Origin: Prorocentrum cordatum
Taxonomy: Eukaryota
Direction: 5' to 3'
Length of the DNA stretch: 64,000 bases
Assembly: GCA_963575745.1 (NCBI GenBank)
Contig: CAUYUJ010000292.1
Span: 496,001 to 560,000, forward strand
The notes under the pieces are model-generated. The model was given only the letters and a program-made list of their open reading frames with translations, did no database searches and had not been told where the DNA came from. How positions within the stretch are numbered: the stretch's first letter is position 1; each line of letters begins with the position of its first letter. The position numbers and the translations under genes are program-made. Below, in pieces: positions 25,345-37,400 of this stretch.

Positions 25345-26472
25345 CTCCTCCTCCCCGTCCTCCTCCTCCTCCTCCTCTTCCCCTCCTCCGCCTCCTCCTC
25401 CTCCTCCTCCTCCTCCCTCCTCCTCCTCCTCCTCCTCCTCCTCCTCCCTCCTCCTCCTCCTCCTCCTCTTCCTCCTCCTCCTCCTCCTCCTCCTCCTCCT
25501 CCTCCTGCTCCTCCTGCTGCTCCTCCTCCTCCTCCTCCTCCTGCTCCTCCTCTTTTCTCCTCCTCCTCCTGCTCCTCCTGCTCCTCCTGCTCCTCCTGCT
25601 CCTCCTCCTGCTCCTCCCTGCTCCTGCTCCTCCTGCTCCTCCTGCTGCTCCTCACTCCTCCTCCTCCTCCTCCTCCTCCTGCTCCTCCTGCTCCTCCTGC
25701 TCCTCCTCCGCCCTCCTCCTCCTCCTCCGCCTGCTCCTCCTGCTCCTCCCTGCTCCTCCTTCTCCTCCTCCTCCCTCCTCCTCCTCCTCCTCCTCCTCCT
25801 CCTCCTCCTGCTCCTCCTCCTCCGCCTCCTCCTCCTCCTGCTCTCCTGCCTCTCCCTCCTCCTCCTCCCTCCTCCCCCTCCTCTCCTCCTCCTCCTCCTC
25901 CTCTCGCTCCTCCTTCCTCCTCCTCCTCTCCTACCTCCTCCTCCTGCTCCTGCTCCTGCTCCTCCTGCTGCTCCTCCTGCTGCTCCTCCTCCTCCTCCTC
26001 CTGCTCTCCTGCTCCTCCTGCTCCTCCTGCTCCTCCTGCTCCTCTGCTCCTCGCTCCTCCTCCTCCTCCTCCTCTCTCCTCCTACCTCCTCCCCTCCTCA
26101 TCTCCTCCTGCGGCTCCTCCTCCCCTCCTCCTCCTCCTCCTCCTCCTCCTCCTCCTCCTCTCCTCCTCCTCCTCCTCCTCCTCCTCCTCCTCCTCCTCCT
26201 ACTCCCCTCTCCTCCCCCCCCTCCTCTTCTTCTTCTTCCTCCTCCTCCTCCTCCTCCTCTTCCTCCTCCTCCTCCTCCTCCCTCCTCCTCTCTCCTGCTC
26301 CTCCTCCTCCTCCTCCTCCTCCTCCTCCTCCTCCTCCTGCTCCTGCTCCTCCTGCTGCTCCTCCTCCTCCTCCTCTTTCTCCTCCTCCTCCTCCTCCTGC
26401 TCCTCCTCTTCTTTCTCCTCCTCCTCCTGCTCCTCCTGCTCCTCCTGCTCCTGCTCCTGCTCCTCCTTCTCC
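25345..26472. repeat. (CCT)n/(CCTGCT)n low-complexity block
   Basis: Directly visible; explains the 556/560-aa pseudo-ORFs. Confidence 0.95.
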
Positions 26473-26639
26473 TCTAGGAGGCCTTTCTTCAAGGGTTGCC
26501 CCGCTGATAGGGAGGTGGGGGGGGCGTCCTCTGCAGCCCCTCGCTGGGCGCGGGCTCGCTCGCCGCCCCCCTCCAGGGCTTGGACGCGGGGCAGTCCCAC
26601 TCGCCGGGCGCCTCCGGGAGGCGCAGGGTCGCCGCCTTC

Positions 26640-26676
26640 CTCGTCGTCGCCGCCGCCGCCGCCGCCACTGCCACCG

Positions 26677-26742
<66 letters not shown>

Positions 26743-26782
26743 TCGTCGTCGTGGTCGCTCGCTGCTGGCGTCGTCGTCGTCG
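26640..26782. repeat. (GCC)n/(GTC)n microsatellite
   Basis: Directly visible. Confidence 0.9.
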
Positions 26783-27900
26783 GTGGGGTAAGAGGGAAGG
26801 GGGGGAGGAGGGACGAGAGAGGGACGAGGGGGAGATCGAAACGAGGGACGGGAGAGGACGAGGGAGCGACGAGGGACGGAGGAACGAGGGACGAGATAGG
26901 AACGAGGGACGAGGGAGGAACAAGGGACGAGGGAGGGACGAGGGAGGTACGAGGGAAAAGCGACACCATCACCGCCAGGGACCACCAGCGGGAGGAGCCA
27001 GGGGGGGTCCCTCCTGGTGGTGTGACCCCCCCCCCCCCTTGCTCGAGACCGCCCAGGTCCCCGGCTCGGAGAGGCATCGTGGAAGTCGGCGCTGGAGGTG
27101 GCCCCCCTGGTGGTAGGGGGGAGGGGCAGTCGTCGGGCTATGGGTTTCTTAGAATTCAAATTGTGGGAAACCCATGGCTGGACGACTGCTGGGAACCACT
27201 CGGAGCGTCGAATTATTTGTTGTGATGCCAGGCTTCCCAGAATATTCGGAATTCTGGGGAATCTGAAATCGCTACAAGAAATATGTTTTCGTAATGATGC
27301 CCTCTTTCAGGTACTTCGAACCCTTCATTTGGGGAAACGGGGTGGCAATTTCCCATAATGCGGAAGGTTTGCCGTAATTCGAATTCCGAATTTCGGAAAA
27401 CCTACGGGGAGAGGCCGCTGGGGGCGACGGAAAGAAACGACACCAGGAATTAGATTCCCATTCCCCGGGACCGGCTTTTTATCCTGAGTAGTTGTTTGAC
27501 GGCCCCGAGGCCCCGTGAGGGCCTCCAGAGGCCAAAACTGGCGGACAACCTCCGGCTGCGATCTCTTCATGGCCTGAAGGGTCTGGGCTCATCGTCTTGG
27601 CAATGCCCCCCCTGGCATGGGGAAACCATCAGGTACCGATACCGCTACTCCCTGGATCTCTCCTGGGGTGTGTTCTGACCAGGATTTCGAGGCGAATCCA
27701 GTGGTGGCGACGAAGGCCGCCCTGGAGGCCAAAAAAAGGGAAAACGGCCGAATGGTAGCGGTATGGAGCTTGCTTTTTTCCTTACCTAGGCTCTGCCTAG
27801 AAGGGTTCTTACTCTCTTTGCTTAAAGGGGCGGGGCAGTGTTCCCCGCCCCGGGCGGTTGCCCAAGGATCCGCCCCGCGGTTCCCCCAGTCCCCTGGGAG

Positions 27901-28040
27901 CTGTAGCTTTAGCTTTAGCTTTAGTTGTAGCTTAGCTTTAACTTAGCTTTAACTTAGCTTTAGCTTAGCTTTAGCTTAGCTTTTGCTTAGCTTTAGCTTA
28001 GCTTTAGCTTAGCTTTAGCGTAGCTTTAACTTAGCTTTAC
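27901..28040. repeat. (TTAGC/TTTAGC)n microsatellite
   Basis: Alternating ttagc and tttagc units. Confidence 0.9.
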
Positions 28041-28111
28041 TGTTACTACTAATGCTGTTTTCCTAGGGGCTCCAACTCCTAGGTAGGGTCGCACTGGGAT
28101 CATTACATACT

Positions 28112-28279
28112 CCAGCAAATTTGCTTGCATGGACGGGGGGGGGCCTGAACCTGAAGCAAGCCGCAAACGACTTGCACGTGCGGAAATAACGCAAGTCGAA
28201 AGGCACTTGCACGCTAGTATTCGTTCGAAGAGGGTCGAGGGAGGGGGGGTGCGAGCGCCATGCAAGTAAGCCTGCCCGA
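28112..28279. mobile_element. MITE family H, uninterrupted copy
   Basis: ccagcaaatttgcttgcatg ... catgcaagtaagcctgcccg inverted ends. Confidence 0.75.
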
Positions 28280-28892
28280 ATCCCCCAAAAAGCATATGGC
28301 GAACTCAACAGTAGCGACGAGGGCCGCCCTGGTGGCCCCCCCAAAAGGGAAAACGGCCGGCAAAATCGTGTCGTGTCGAACCCGGCGTTGATTTCTGACA
28401 CCTTTCCGAAACTTCCGATCGCTCAACATCGCCCGACTCTGGGTCGCTGGCGGCGCTCAACGTGGAACGCCTGCGGCGGGGTCGCCGCCGGTCGACACGA
28501 CGCGAACCTACCGAACCTTTTCCTCCTCTGATGGGGGAAACCAGAACGGTACCGATGCCGCTGCTCCCCGGACCTCTCCTGGGGGGCGTTCTGACCAGGA
28601 TCTCGAGGCGAATCCAGCGGTGGCGACGAGGGTCTCCCAGGAGGCCCCCCAAAAGGGAAAAAGGGCGAAGGGGAGAGGTATGGGTACCTTTTCCTCCTCT
28701 GGGCCCAGGGACTGAAGCAAGGGCTGCAGTGCACGAAGTGGCAGAGGCACACAGTACCGAGATAGCTGAGCAGGGCCCACCAGTCCCCGATTCAGAGCCC
28801 GAAATGTTCTCAGAGCGAGAGCACGTGTAAACAAGACAGTCCCAGGAACAGAAGCCCGATGTACTATGCACTAAGACATAGACCCGATGTGC

Positions 28893-29072
28893 TACAGTCG
28901 GGGCGTTGACCTAAGGAACCCTGAATAAGGAACGAGGCCCCTTTTTTCAATAAGTTCAACCTCGATGTTCCATGGAAAACCTCAGGAAAACCCGAGACAA
29001 ACTGTGAAATATTCAAGGAACACCGAGCCCCTCCCCAACGAAAAGGGTTCCTTCTTCAGGGCCCCGACTGTA
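28893..29072. mobile_element. MITE family A copy
   Basis: Perfect inverted ends tacagtcggggc / gccccgactgta. Confidence 0.9.
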
Positions 29073-31780
29073 AGACATAGACCCGATGTGCTGATACGGA
29101 CCGGCGCGAGCGCCTCCGGGTCGTGCAGGTCGGGGCCGAGCGAGTGGAGCGCCCAGGGCGCCGCGGCGGCGTGGAGGCACGGCCACGGCACGGCCGCCAC
29201 GCCGCCGCCGGAGGGGTCCCACGCCATCCTCGGGGGAGCGTTTCCCGCCCTCCTCAGAGGGCCGTCGTCGCCGCCGTCCTCAAGCTCGTGCACGCGCTCC
29301 TCTGCCGCCGCCTCCTTCTCGTGTCTGAGCCCTTCCTTCCTCCTCCTCCTCCTCGTCTCCGTCCTCGTCCTCGTCCTCGTCCTCGCCGTTCTCCTCCTCA
29401 TCCTCCTCCTCCTCCTCCTCGTCTCCGTCCTCGTCCTCGCCGTCCTCCTCCTCGCCGTCCTCCTCCTCCTCTTTCTCATCCCCCCGCCCTCCTCCTCCAG
29501 ACCTCTCCTTCTGGATAAGTCCGCCTGGACACACGCGGCCCGTTCTTCAACCAGCAATTGCTCCCGCACTCAGCCCTGAGCACCGCGCACGTTCGTCTCA
29601 CGAAACTTCCACCTGTTACAGTGATATGGCGACGCCTGCTTTCAAACTGAAGCTCCCGCCTTTTGGATCTGCGCATATTGCCAAGCGTGTCCAACAATTT
29701 TACGGATGGAGACGGCTCCTCGTCAAACGTTGCCTCTGGCTGGAATATCCTCGAACGCCTGCAACAGTTCCGCGGAGGAAGGATGGCTCCTTCACAGAAT
29801 TGGTCTCGCGCGTTGGGAACTTTCCCCTTATCAATGAAGGCACGCTGCAACCTGCGCAACAAATACACGGATGAGTCGCGTATTGTTTCTCCCTTGACGG
29901 ACTCATGGCTGGACACTTCCTAACCCTCTTGATCCTACTTGGTATCTCTTATAACTAGAATATGGGCTGACGGCTCTACTTAATGAGGCGCTTCCCGCAA
30001 TGAGAAAGAATACTTGGAAGGACTAGCGCAGAGGGGGACTTATGACAGGAAGATGTGTTGTAGCATCCCTGACGCATCCTGGATTTCCTTTGGTCCTCCC
30101 CATGCTGCTCCTCTTCCTCCTCCGCCTCCTCCTTCTCCTCCTCCTCCTCCTTCTCCTACTCCTCATCCTTCTCCCCGTGCTCCTCCTCCTCCTCCTCCTC
30201 CTCCTCCTCCACCTTCTCCTTCCCTTGCGGTGGTCCTCTTCCTAGTGCCCCTAGTCCCCCTGGCTCGAACAATGGTTCATGGGGGGGGGCATAGCGTGTC
30301 TGCGCCGCAGAGGATCGCTGACGCTGCGATGGACCTTGAATGATGGACGCTTGACACAACGAGCAATTGGTTTTGATCTGATGCCGGTGAGTGGAGTGAG
30401 AATCGGCGGCGAGCGAGGAGAGGAACTGAGAAGGAGAAGGCCTTCTCAGAAGGCGGCGGAACTTCTCAGGAGCCCTCGCGCCTTCTGAGAGGTTTCTGCA
30501 TCTTCGGGGAAGGATAAAACACCGGTCAGAAGGCCCGAGGACTTCCGAGCCTTCTGAGAAGGCCCGTCCCTTCTCACTTCCCCCCGGGCTCGCCGCGGGC
30601 TGATGTGGGTGAGTGGAATAAGAGTGCAAGACGTACACGTTCAGACTTGACTGTGTGATGTAGTGCTGCTGGCAGGCGCACATGCAGCTCGCAGATGTGG
30701 CAGAGGGGTTCTACGCCCTCGAATGCGTGACCGTAGAATTTTGGAGGCAGTGTACCAATATGGTCGACAACCTTTAGGTCGGACAGGTCCTCCTAGACGC
30801 GGATTTTGGAAGACAAATAAAACATAGTCCAAAAGTATATCAAAAAGTCAGCAGAGCACGAACAATCGTCACGAGACTATTTTGGTTGACTATTCTTGCA
30901 TATTCCTTCTGTAGAGGGACATGCCCGACTTAAAGCTAACTGCGACGGCGGCAGGGTGCGCGGTGGTCCTTCGCGCGGGCCTCTCAGACAGACACACCAG
31001 GCAGGGGCCCCCCCCGCCGTCTCCGGCGGGACGTGATTGGCAGCTCGTGCTCAAAAAAGACATCTGGAGATCGCGTACGGAATCCTCTGCTACCCACCAC
31101 AGCCGAAGACCCACCACGAGAACAGGATTTACCACGAGACGGTGAAGGCACTGGCTCAATGATGGGGGACGACCGTTTCCGAACTGCATTGCCGTACAAT
31201 GCCGATGTGTTATTCGGACATCAGTAACGGCATAAGGGGACACAAACGAGAAGGAGTTTGGCACGAACGTCAATGCGCGGAACTCGGCGACACCCGCACG
31301 CGAGAACGACGACGAATGAAGCAACCGATATCAAACGGGCCTCTCTGGTGGAACGAACACTGATATTCCCCACGACGTTCACAAGGTGCATGGACACCAG
31401 TTACTCGACCATGAATCAGTGATGGACATCATGATCGACCATTCGTTTCTCCCTCGAGGCTGCAAGATGAGTCTTGCCCTGGAGGGAGTAGCCAATGCCA
31501 ACGGGGGAGGACACGAAATCTATAGGGGGAGGAACCAATGCCAATGGGGGAGGCGCCACTGCCAATGGGGCAGGTGACCGGGGGGGACCCACTGCTCCCT
31601 GGCCAGGCCCATCCTGGACCCAGCAGCGGTTTGCACGCACCCAGAAGGCTCGGAAGTCCCCCGGTCATCTGAGAAGTCGACTGAGGCTTCCCCGGAGACG
31701 CAAACAAAAAACAACCAAAACAAACCTCTCAGAAGGCTGGAGGCCACGCCCTCCTGACCAGGCCAGGAGGGCGTGTACAC

Positions 31781-31983
31781 TGAGGGCAATACTGATATCC
31801 ACATCCAGTGCGTCTTGGACATTCTTGGAAGGGGCGCCGCAAGGACGAAGCGCACTGGATATGGATAAACAATTACCCTTTCGGGGGCCAGATTTTAATC
31901 CATATCCAGTGCGCCTCATGTTTCTGGGGAAGAGAGCCCGACACTCCAAGACGCACTGGATGTGGATATAGACATTGCCCGCG
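31781..31983. mobile_element. MITE family E copy (reverse)
   Basis: Long TIRs with atatccacatccagtgcgtcttgga; homologous to 8958-9158. Confidence 0.8.
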
Positions 31984-32499
31984 CACGCAGCTCCTGGCTT
32001 CAGGGTGGGCCTGGCCAGGCAGCAGTGCACTCTGGGTTTCTTGATAAGCGTGGGGGGGTACCCCCCCGACAGGGGGTCAACCTCGCCTCGTCGTCGCGCC
32101 GCGACGGGGGTCGGAGCGTCTTCGGCGCGCGGTGGCTGCCCGCGACGGGGGTCGATGCGGGGCTGTCGGCGGGGCTGACGCCCCCTCGACGCTTACTAAA
32201 AAACTCGGAGCGCGCATCACCTCGCCGCCCGAGACGAGCGGCGGGGGAGGAGCCTGGCCCCGCGAGGGCGCAAGTTCCCGCGGCGGCCCGCAGGCCCCCT
32301 TGGAAGCACAGCGAGCAGTGCACACACTTTTTTTCGCCGGCGGCTGGGCAGAGGGACTGCTCCGGCGATGTGGCACTATTTGGTGGGTCGCGCGAAACGC
32401 GAATTAAGCCGCAGGGCACGCGGGAGGAGAGGAGGCCCGGCGCGGGCGGGAGGGAGAGGAAGCCGGGCCCGCTCAGAGCAGGGCCAAGCCGCGGCCAAT

Positions 32500-32725
32500 A
32501 CACAAACACATGAACAACGGCAAGTTCGTGCGACGTCGGCGAGCGCCCAAGCGTTTGGCAACGCGTCTACCGTTCAACCTCGAATCGATCGCGGCCCCGA
32601 TCGTTCCAGTCGGGTCCAGCGGCGTTACCGTGTCCATCGGTGCTTCCGCGTCGCAGGATTCAACCTTGAACACCGTCGCTGGCGTCGCCGGCGCGCCAAC
32701 GCCGCATGAACCTACGGTATGTGGA
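32500..32725 (+). repeat. Dispersed repeat family R3
   Basis: Homologous to ~58360-58605 (ttcaacct.gaa.cgatcgcggcccc ... cgtcgccggcgcgccaacgccgc.tgaacctac). Confidence 0.75.
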
Positions 32726-34425
32726 GCCACTAGCTTCTCGGGATCTAGGAGGACATCACTGAGAGCTCCTGGGAGGTGTCATGAGTAGGTTTGATCCCAG
32801 GATCCTAAGAACCGAATCGACCCTGCAATAAGAGATGCTGTCACTCGGATAACCCGTGACGCACTGCATGGTGGTCCCAGCATCCCTTCTCAAGCGAGCG
32901 GAGCGCGCCCCGAGCGTTGAAGCTATTTAGCTTGTCGTATCGCCTCTTCGCATCAGAGCGACGATCGCACGGCCGTAGCTGGCTGCATTCGGAGCCAGCT
33001 TCGCCTCTTACACTTCGCTCCGCAGCACCAGAGCCCGCTGCCAGTGCTCGCCCTTTTGGCACGCGCGGATCCCAACATTGTAGCTGACCAAGGCTGACCC
33101 GTGGCCTACCAACCACGAATGTGTTCGATACGGCGCGTGGGGCCAAGGCAGATATGCTGCTCAAAGACTTCTGTGATGACGTTGGGCCCGATCTTCGCAT
33201 CTGCTGTTGCTGCCTGCAGCTGCAGGGTGCTGCTGCCTGCGGCATGTTGCTGATGCTTACTGTTGCTGTGCGCTGCCGTTGCTTGCTGCGGACTGATGCT
33301 ATTGCTGTTGCTGAATGAGGTAACCTGCAGCTCGTGAGTGGACCAGGGAGCAAGGAGCGAGGAGTCAGGGCGAGGGGGGGAGGGAGCGAGAAGCGATCAG
33401 CGAGGAGCAAGGAGCGAGAACTGAGCAGCAACGGTCAAGGAGAGAGAGTGAGAGAGAGAGAGAGAGAGAGAAAGAAGCAAGGAGGAATGGGAGAGAGAGA
33501 GAGAGAGAGAGAGCCGAAGGAGGGGGGAGGCAGACGCCAATAGACAAGATGGAGAAGATCGGGGCCAGGAGAGAGGTGTGAGGAGCGAGGAGGAGTAAGA
33601 AGAGAGAATCCAGGAGCGAGGAGAGAGAGAGAGAGAGAGAGGCGGAGAGCGACGAGAGAGTCAGGAGCGTGGAGCAGGGGGCGAGAAGGGAGGCACGAGA
33701 AGAGGCCAGCGCACGACTGTCTCAGCAGCCTCGGCGCGCGTGTGGCCGAACATCGTGTCTCCTCTGGGGCCGCCCGTGGGGCTCTCCTGGGCTCTCGAGA
33801 AGGATCATTCCCTCGGAAGCCTCCTGGAGGCTGTTTTGGGGGTGTGTCTTGGGGCCTCTCAGGGGGCCTGTGCTGGCCCTCTTCGGGGCCTCCCGGGGCT
33901 CCTAGGGGGGCCTCTTGGGGGCATGCTGGCGGTCTCGGGTGTCATATTGGACGGAGGGTGCGAGATGCCAGCTCCAAGTCCCCCCTTGGAACCGTCATAG
34001 GCCGTCTTGGGGGCCTCTTGGGCCGTCTTGGGGCCCTCTTGGGCTGCCTGGGGGCCTTCTGGGGGGCCTGTTGCGCCGCGGGGCGATATTGGGGGCCTCT
34101 TGGGCTGTCTTGGAGCATCGGAAGCTCGAAAAGGTGAGAAAATAGCATTGTTTGAAAAACGTATGGGGGATCACTGATGATGACTTCTCCGCGTCCTCTT
34201 GGAGCTCTCTTGGGCCGTCTTGGGGCCCTGTTGGGCCGTCCTGCGGCACCTTTCGGGTCATCTGGAACCGTTTTGAAACAATCTTGGGCCATCCTGGGGC
34301 CATCTGGGGCTCTCTGGAGCCTTTCCGGACGCGTCCTGAAACCCTCCGATTGCGGCACGAGGCTCCCAAATCCAGTGGGCCCCAGGCCCTTTTCGCAGGC
34401 ACTGGTTCCGGCATTGCAGAAGAGA

Positions 34426-34530
34426 TGACGTCGAGCTCAAGCTTCGCCTCCCACATCTCGCTGAGCAACGCCAACGACCGCAGCCACTGCTCGTCCTTCT
34501 CGCACATGTTGATTCCAGACGTGTAGCTGA
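34426..34530 (-). pseudogene. PPR motif block (1 motif, 105 nt)
   Basis: SYTSGINMCEKDEQWLRSLALLSEMWEAKLELDV; exactly 35 codons between element ends. Confidence 0.85.
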
Positions 34531-34782
34531 CCCGGGCTGACCCGTGGACCCCGTCCACAAAATCTGCTCGAACTGGCACGGATTGTGGACATGCTGCCGA
34601 CAGGCTAAAATTACCGCGTGGGGCTCGACCCTCGCACTCAGCGCATGCTACTGCGTGCTGCTGGCTGCTGGTTGCTGGCGTTGTTGCCTGCTGGTGGTAG
34701 TGCTTGCCGCTGCTGCGTGTTGTTGTTGCTTGTGGCTGCAGGGTGCGTATGCTTGGTGCGCGCTGCTGACCGCTGTCTGCTG

Positions 34783-34831
<49 letters not shown>

Positions 34832-36061
34832 GCTGTTGCTGCGTGCTGCCGCTGCTGCCTGCCTGCTTTGTGCTTCGTGCTGCTGCCATTCGGGACATGG
34901 GAGCTTGGGGCCGCCCGACCATGATTTTGAGCCTCCTTGAGGCCGTAATACGGCCAAGGCTGGAAATTAAGAAGCAACAGTGGGCCTTAGTTTCCAACGA
35001 TGTTCCATGGTGGCTGTGGCCGCCCGAGGAGGTCGGAGGATGCGCGCGGGCTGCGTGGGCTCGGGAGAAGACTGAAAGCACTCCAGAGCACTCTCAGAGA
35101 GAACTCCCCGACGAGTCGCCCATTCAGACCGCAGCCTTAGCAAAGAAGAAGAGAAACTGAGAGGCGCATGGGTGCATGATTCTTCGGCGTGGCCGGCGCG
35201 GTCTCAGAGCTCTCTCAGGGGCCTTCCCCTGGAAGCCTCCTGGAGACGAACTTGGGGCTGCCTGAGGGCCTCTCGGGAGCCTCTGGGGACCTGATTTGAG
35301 TTGTGGATGCCACGACAATGGACACCCTAATAGTCCTATCATCGAACTTCTAACATTTGTTTAAACTGTCGGAGGAATGTCCTGAAAATGCTTGAAACAT
35401 GTTTGTTACACGTTTGAGATATGTTTGACACATGCTTTAGACATCTGGAAAGTAAGTATTTGGCAACGTGCTTCCTCTCCATTGATCGTCCTCCACAAGA
35501 GTTGAGCCTCTTGGGGCTCCTGGCAGGCCTCATCTTGGAGGCCTGCCGTCTGCCGTCGGCTTCTGGAGCGGAGGGCGCGACATGTCAGCTCGAGTTTCCC
35601 CATCGCGGGGCCTTTCTTGGGGCCGTCTTGGAGGCCTCTTGGGTGGTCTTGGGGCCCTCGCAGGTCGTCTGGGAGCTCCACTGGGGACCTCTCCTGCCGT
35701 CTTGGAGCCAACTTGGGGGCATCTGGGGCCGTCTTGGAGCATCGAGACTCCGAAGAGGTGAGAAAACTTAAGCCCGTCGAAAAGAACACAAGAGACGCAC
35801 ATGATTGTGACCCACGAGGTCCTTGAGGGGGGCTTATTGGAGCCCTCTTGGGCCGACTTGCGGCCCTGTGGGGTTGTCTATTATTGGCCGCCTCTTTCCG
35901 TCCCCGGCGCCTCGGACCATCTTGGACCGTCTTGGGGTCCTCTTGTGCCGCCTTGGCTGGCCCCTGCGCGCTCCAGGCTCCCCTCCGGGGGGGGCCGCTT
36001 GCCAGCCTGTTGAATAATTGTTCCTCCTGTCGCGCGGATCCCCCTTGCGTTGTAGGGTCGA
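34531..36061 (-). mobile_element. Helitron-like non-autonomous element between PPR motifs
   Basis: 5' TCGACCCTACAACGC at 36061. 3' hairpin gtggac-ccc-gtccac (34544-34558) then GGTCAGCCCGGG on the minus strand (variant terminus). Confidence 0.65.
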
Positions 36062-36169
36062 TGACGTCGTGCTCCAGCTTCGCCTCCCACATCTCGCTGA
36101 GCAGCACCACGCCCCGCTACCACTGCTCACCACCCGTCTCGCACGCGTTGATCCCAGCGTTGTAGCTGA
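36062..36169 (-). pseudogene. PPR motif block (1 motif, internal stop)
   Basis: SYNAGINACETGGEQW*RGVVLLSEMWEAKLEHDV; 108 nt. Confidence 0.85.
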
Positions 36170-36413
36170 CTGGCTCAGAGCTTCCCTGGGGCCATCAGGG
36201 TGGCCTCTGGAGCGGCTCGGAGCCGTCTTAGGTTCGTGGGGGCGCCCTCTTGATCGGTTCGGCGCCGTCTGTGGGCCGTCGGGGCGGCCTCTGGAGCGTC
36301 TCGGAGCCGTCGTGGGGCCGTCGGGGCGCCCTCTTTAGCGGCTCGGAGCCGCCTTCTACCACTCTTTCCAGAAACCCTTCTCGCACGCACAGTCCCTGGC
36401 ATTGTGGGAAAGA

Positions 36414-37329
36414 CTAGGGCTGACCCGTGGACTCCGTCCACGACACCTGGCCGAGCGTATTCTCAGGGGAGCGGCGGGAATGCGGCCGAAAAGCTATCCA
36501 CATGGCGGTCAGCCCCTCGGCTTCCAGTGGGCCTCTGAAGGCCCTCTTGGGCTCTCGTCGGTGCCGCTTGGGCCGTCTCGGAACCGTCTTGGGCCGTCTT
36601 GGGCGCCTCTTGGGCCGTCTGGGGGCCGTCATGGGCGGCTCTTAAGGCTGTCTTGGGTGCCTTCTGGGCCATCTTGGGGCCGTCGTGGGCCGTCTTGGGC
36701 GCCTATTGGGCCGTCTTCGGGCCGTATTGGGCCGTCTTTGGGGCTGTCTTGGGCGCCTCTTGGGCAGTCTTGGGCGCCTGTTGGGCCGTCCTGGGCCCGT
36801 CTTGGTGCCCTGGGGCATCTTGGGTCGATCTTGGGGGTCTCTGTGGCCGTCGTGGACGCGTCGGAAACGAGAAGCACGAGAATGCCAAAAATGAGAGCTT
36901 CCCGACGGGAATGGGACGACTTTTGCGTCTCGGGGCCGTCCTGGGGAATCCTCGAGGGCCGTCCTCGGAGGCTCCTGACCAGCAATGGGGGCCCTCGGGG
37001 CCGTCGCAGCGGCCTCTCGAGCGGCTGGGAGCGCCCCTGTGGCCGTCGGGGGCGCCCTCTTGAGCGGCTCGGAGCCATCTTGGGGTCGTCGGGGCGGCCT
37101 CTGGAGCGGCTCGGGGCCGACGTGGGGCCGCCGGGGCGCCCGCTTCGGCGGCTCGGAGCCGCCGGACCCCCCTCCCTCGCGCGGAGCGCGCCAGGGGCGG
37201 CGCCGGAGGCGACGCCGGGGGGCCCAGCGCGGATCCAAGAAGTCCGCGCGGAGCGCCACAAGCTTATGTTTATGCCGCGTTTTCGTCTTCGATTCTCGCA
37301 CGCACTGTTCCCGGTATAGTTGGAGGAGA
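36414..37329 (-). mobile_element. Helitron-like element, joined head-to-tail to a short copy (36170-36413)
   Basis: 3' CTAG at 36414-36417 with hairpin cgtggac-tcc-gtccacg (36426-36442). 5' TCTCCTCCAAC...GTGCGTGCGAGAA at 37329. Body rich in CGGCCCAAGA repeats. Confidence 0.7.
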
Positions 37330-37400
37330 AACAACGCCAGCCTCCAATTCCGCCTCCCGCACATCGCCGATCAGCACCAAAAAGCTCGCTGCCACTGCCC
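37330..37400 (-). pseudogene. Degenerate partial PPR motif
   Basis: GQWQRA/(frameshift)/LVLIGDVREAELEAGVV. Confidence 0.6.

Noticed and set aside
24795..26791. 560-aa and 556-aa ORFs
   Set aside because: Satellite plus CCT repeat translations.
27901..28040. Interstitial telomere repeat
   Set aside because: Units are TTAGC/TTTAGC, lacking the G run of TTTAGGG-type telomeres.
29570..30080. Possible retroelement coding remnant
   Set aside because: It is unique, lower-GC sequence, but I found no motif I could defend in any frame.
36170..36190. Canonical element 3' end before the 36062-36169 PPR motif
   Set aside because: It ends in CCAG with no hairpin or GGTCAGCC spacer; counted only as a truncated or atypical end.
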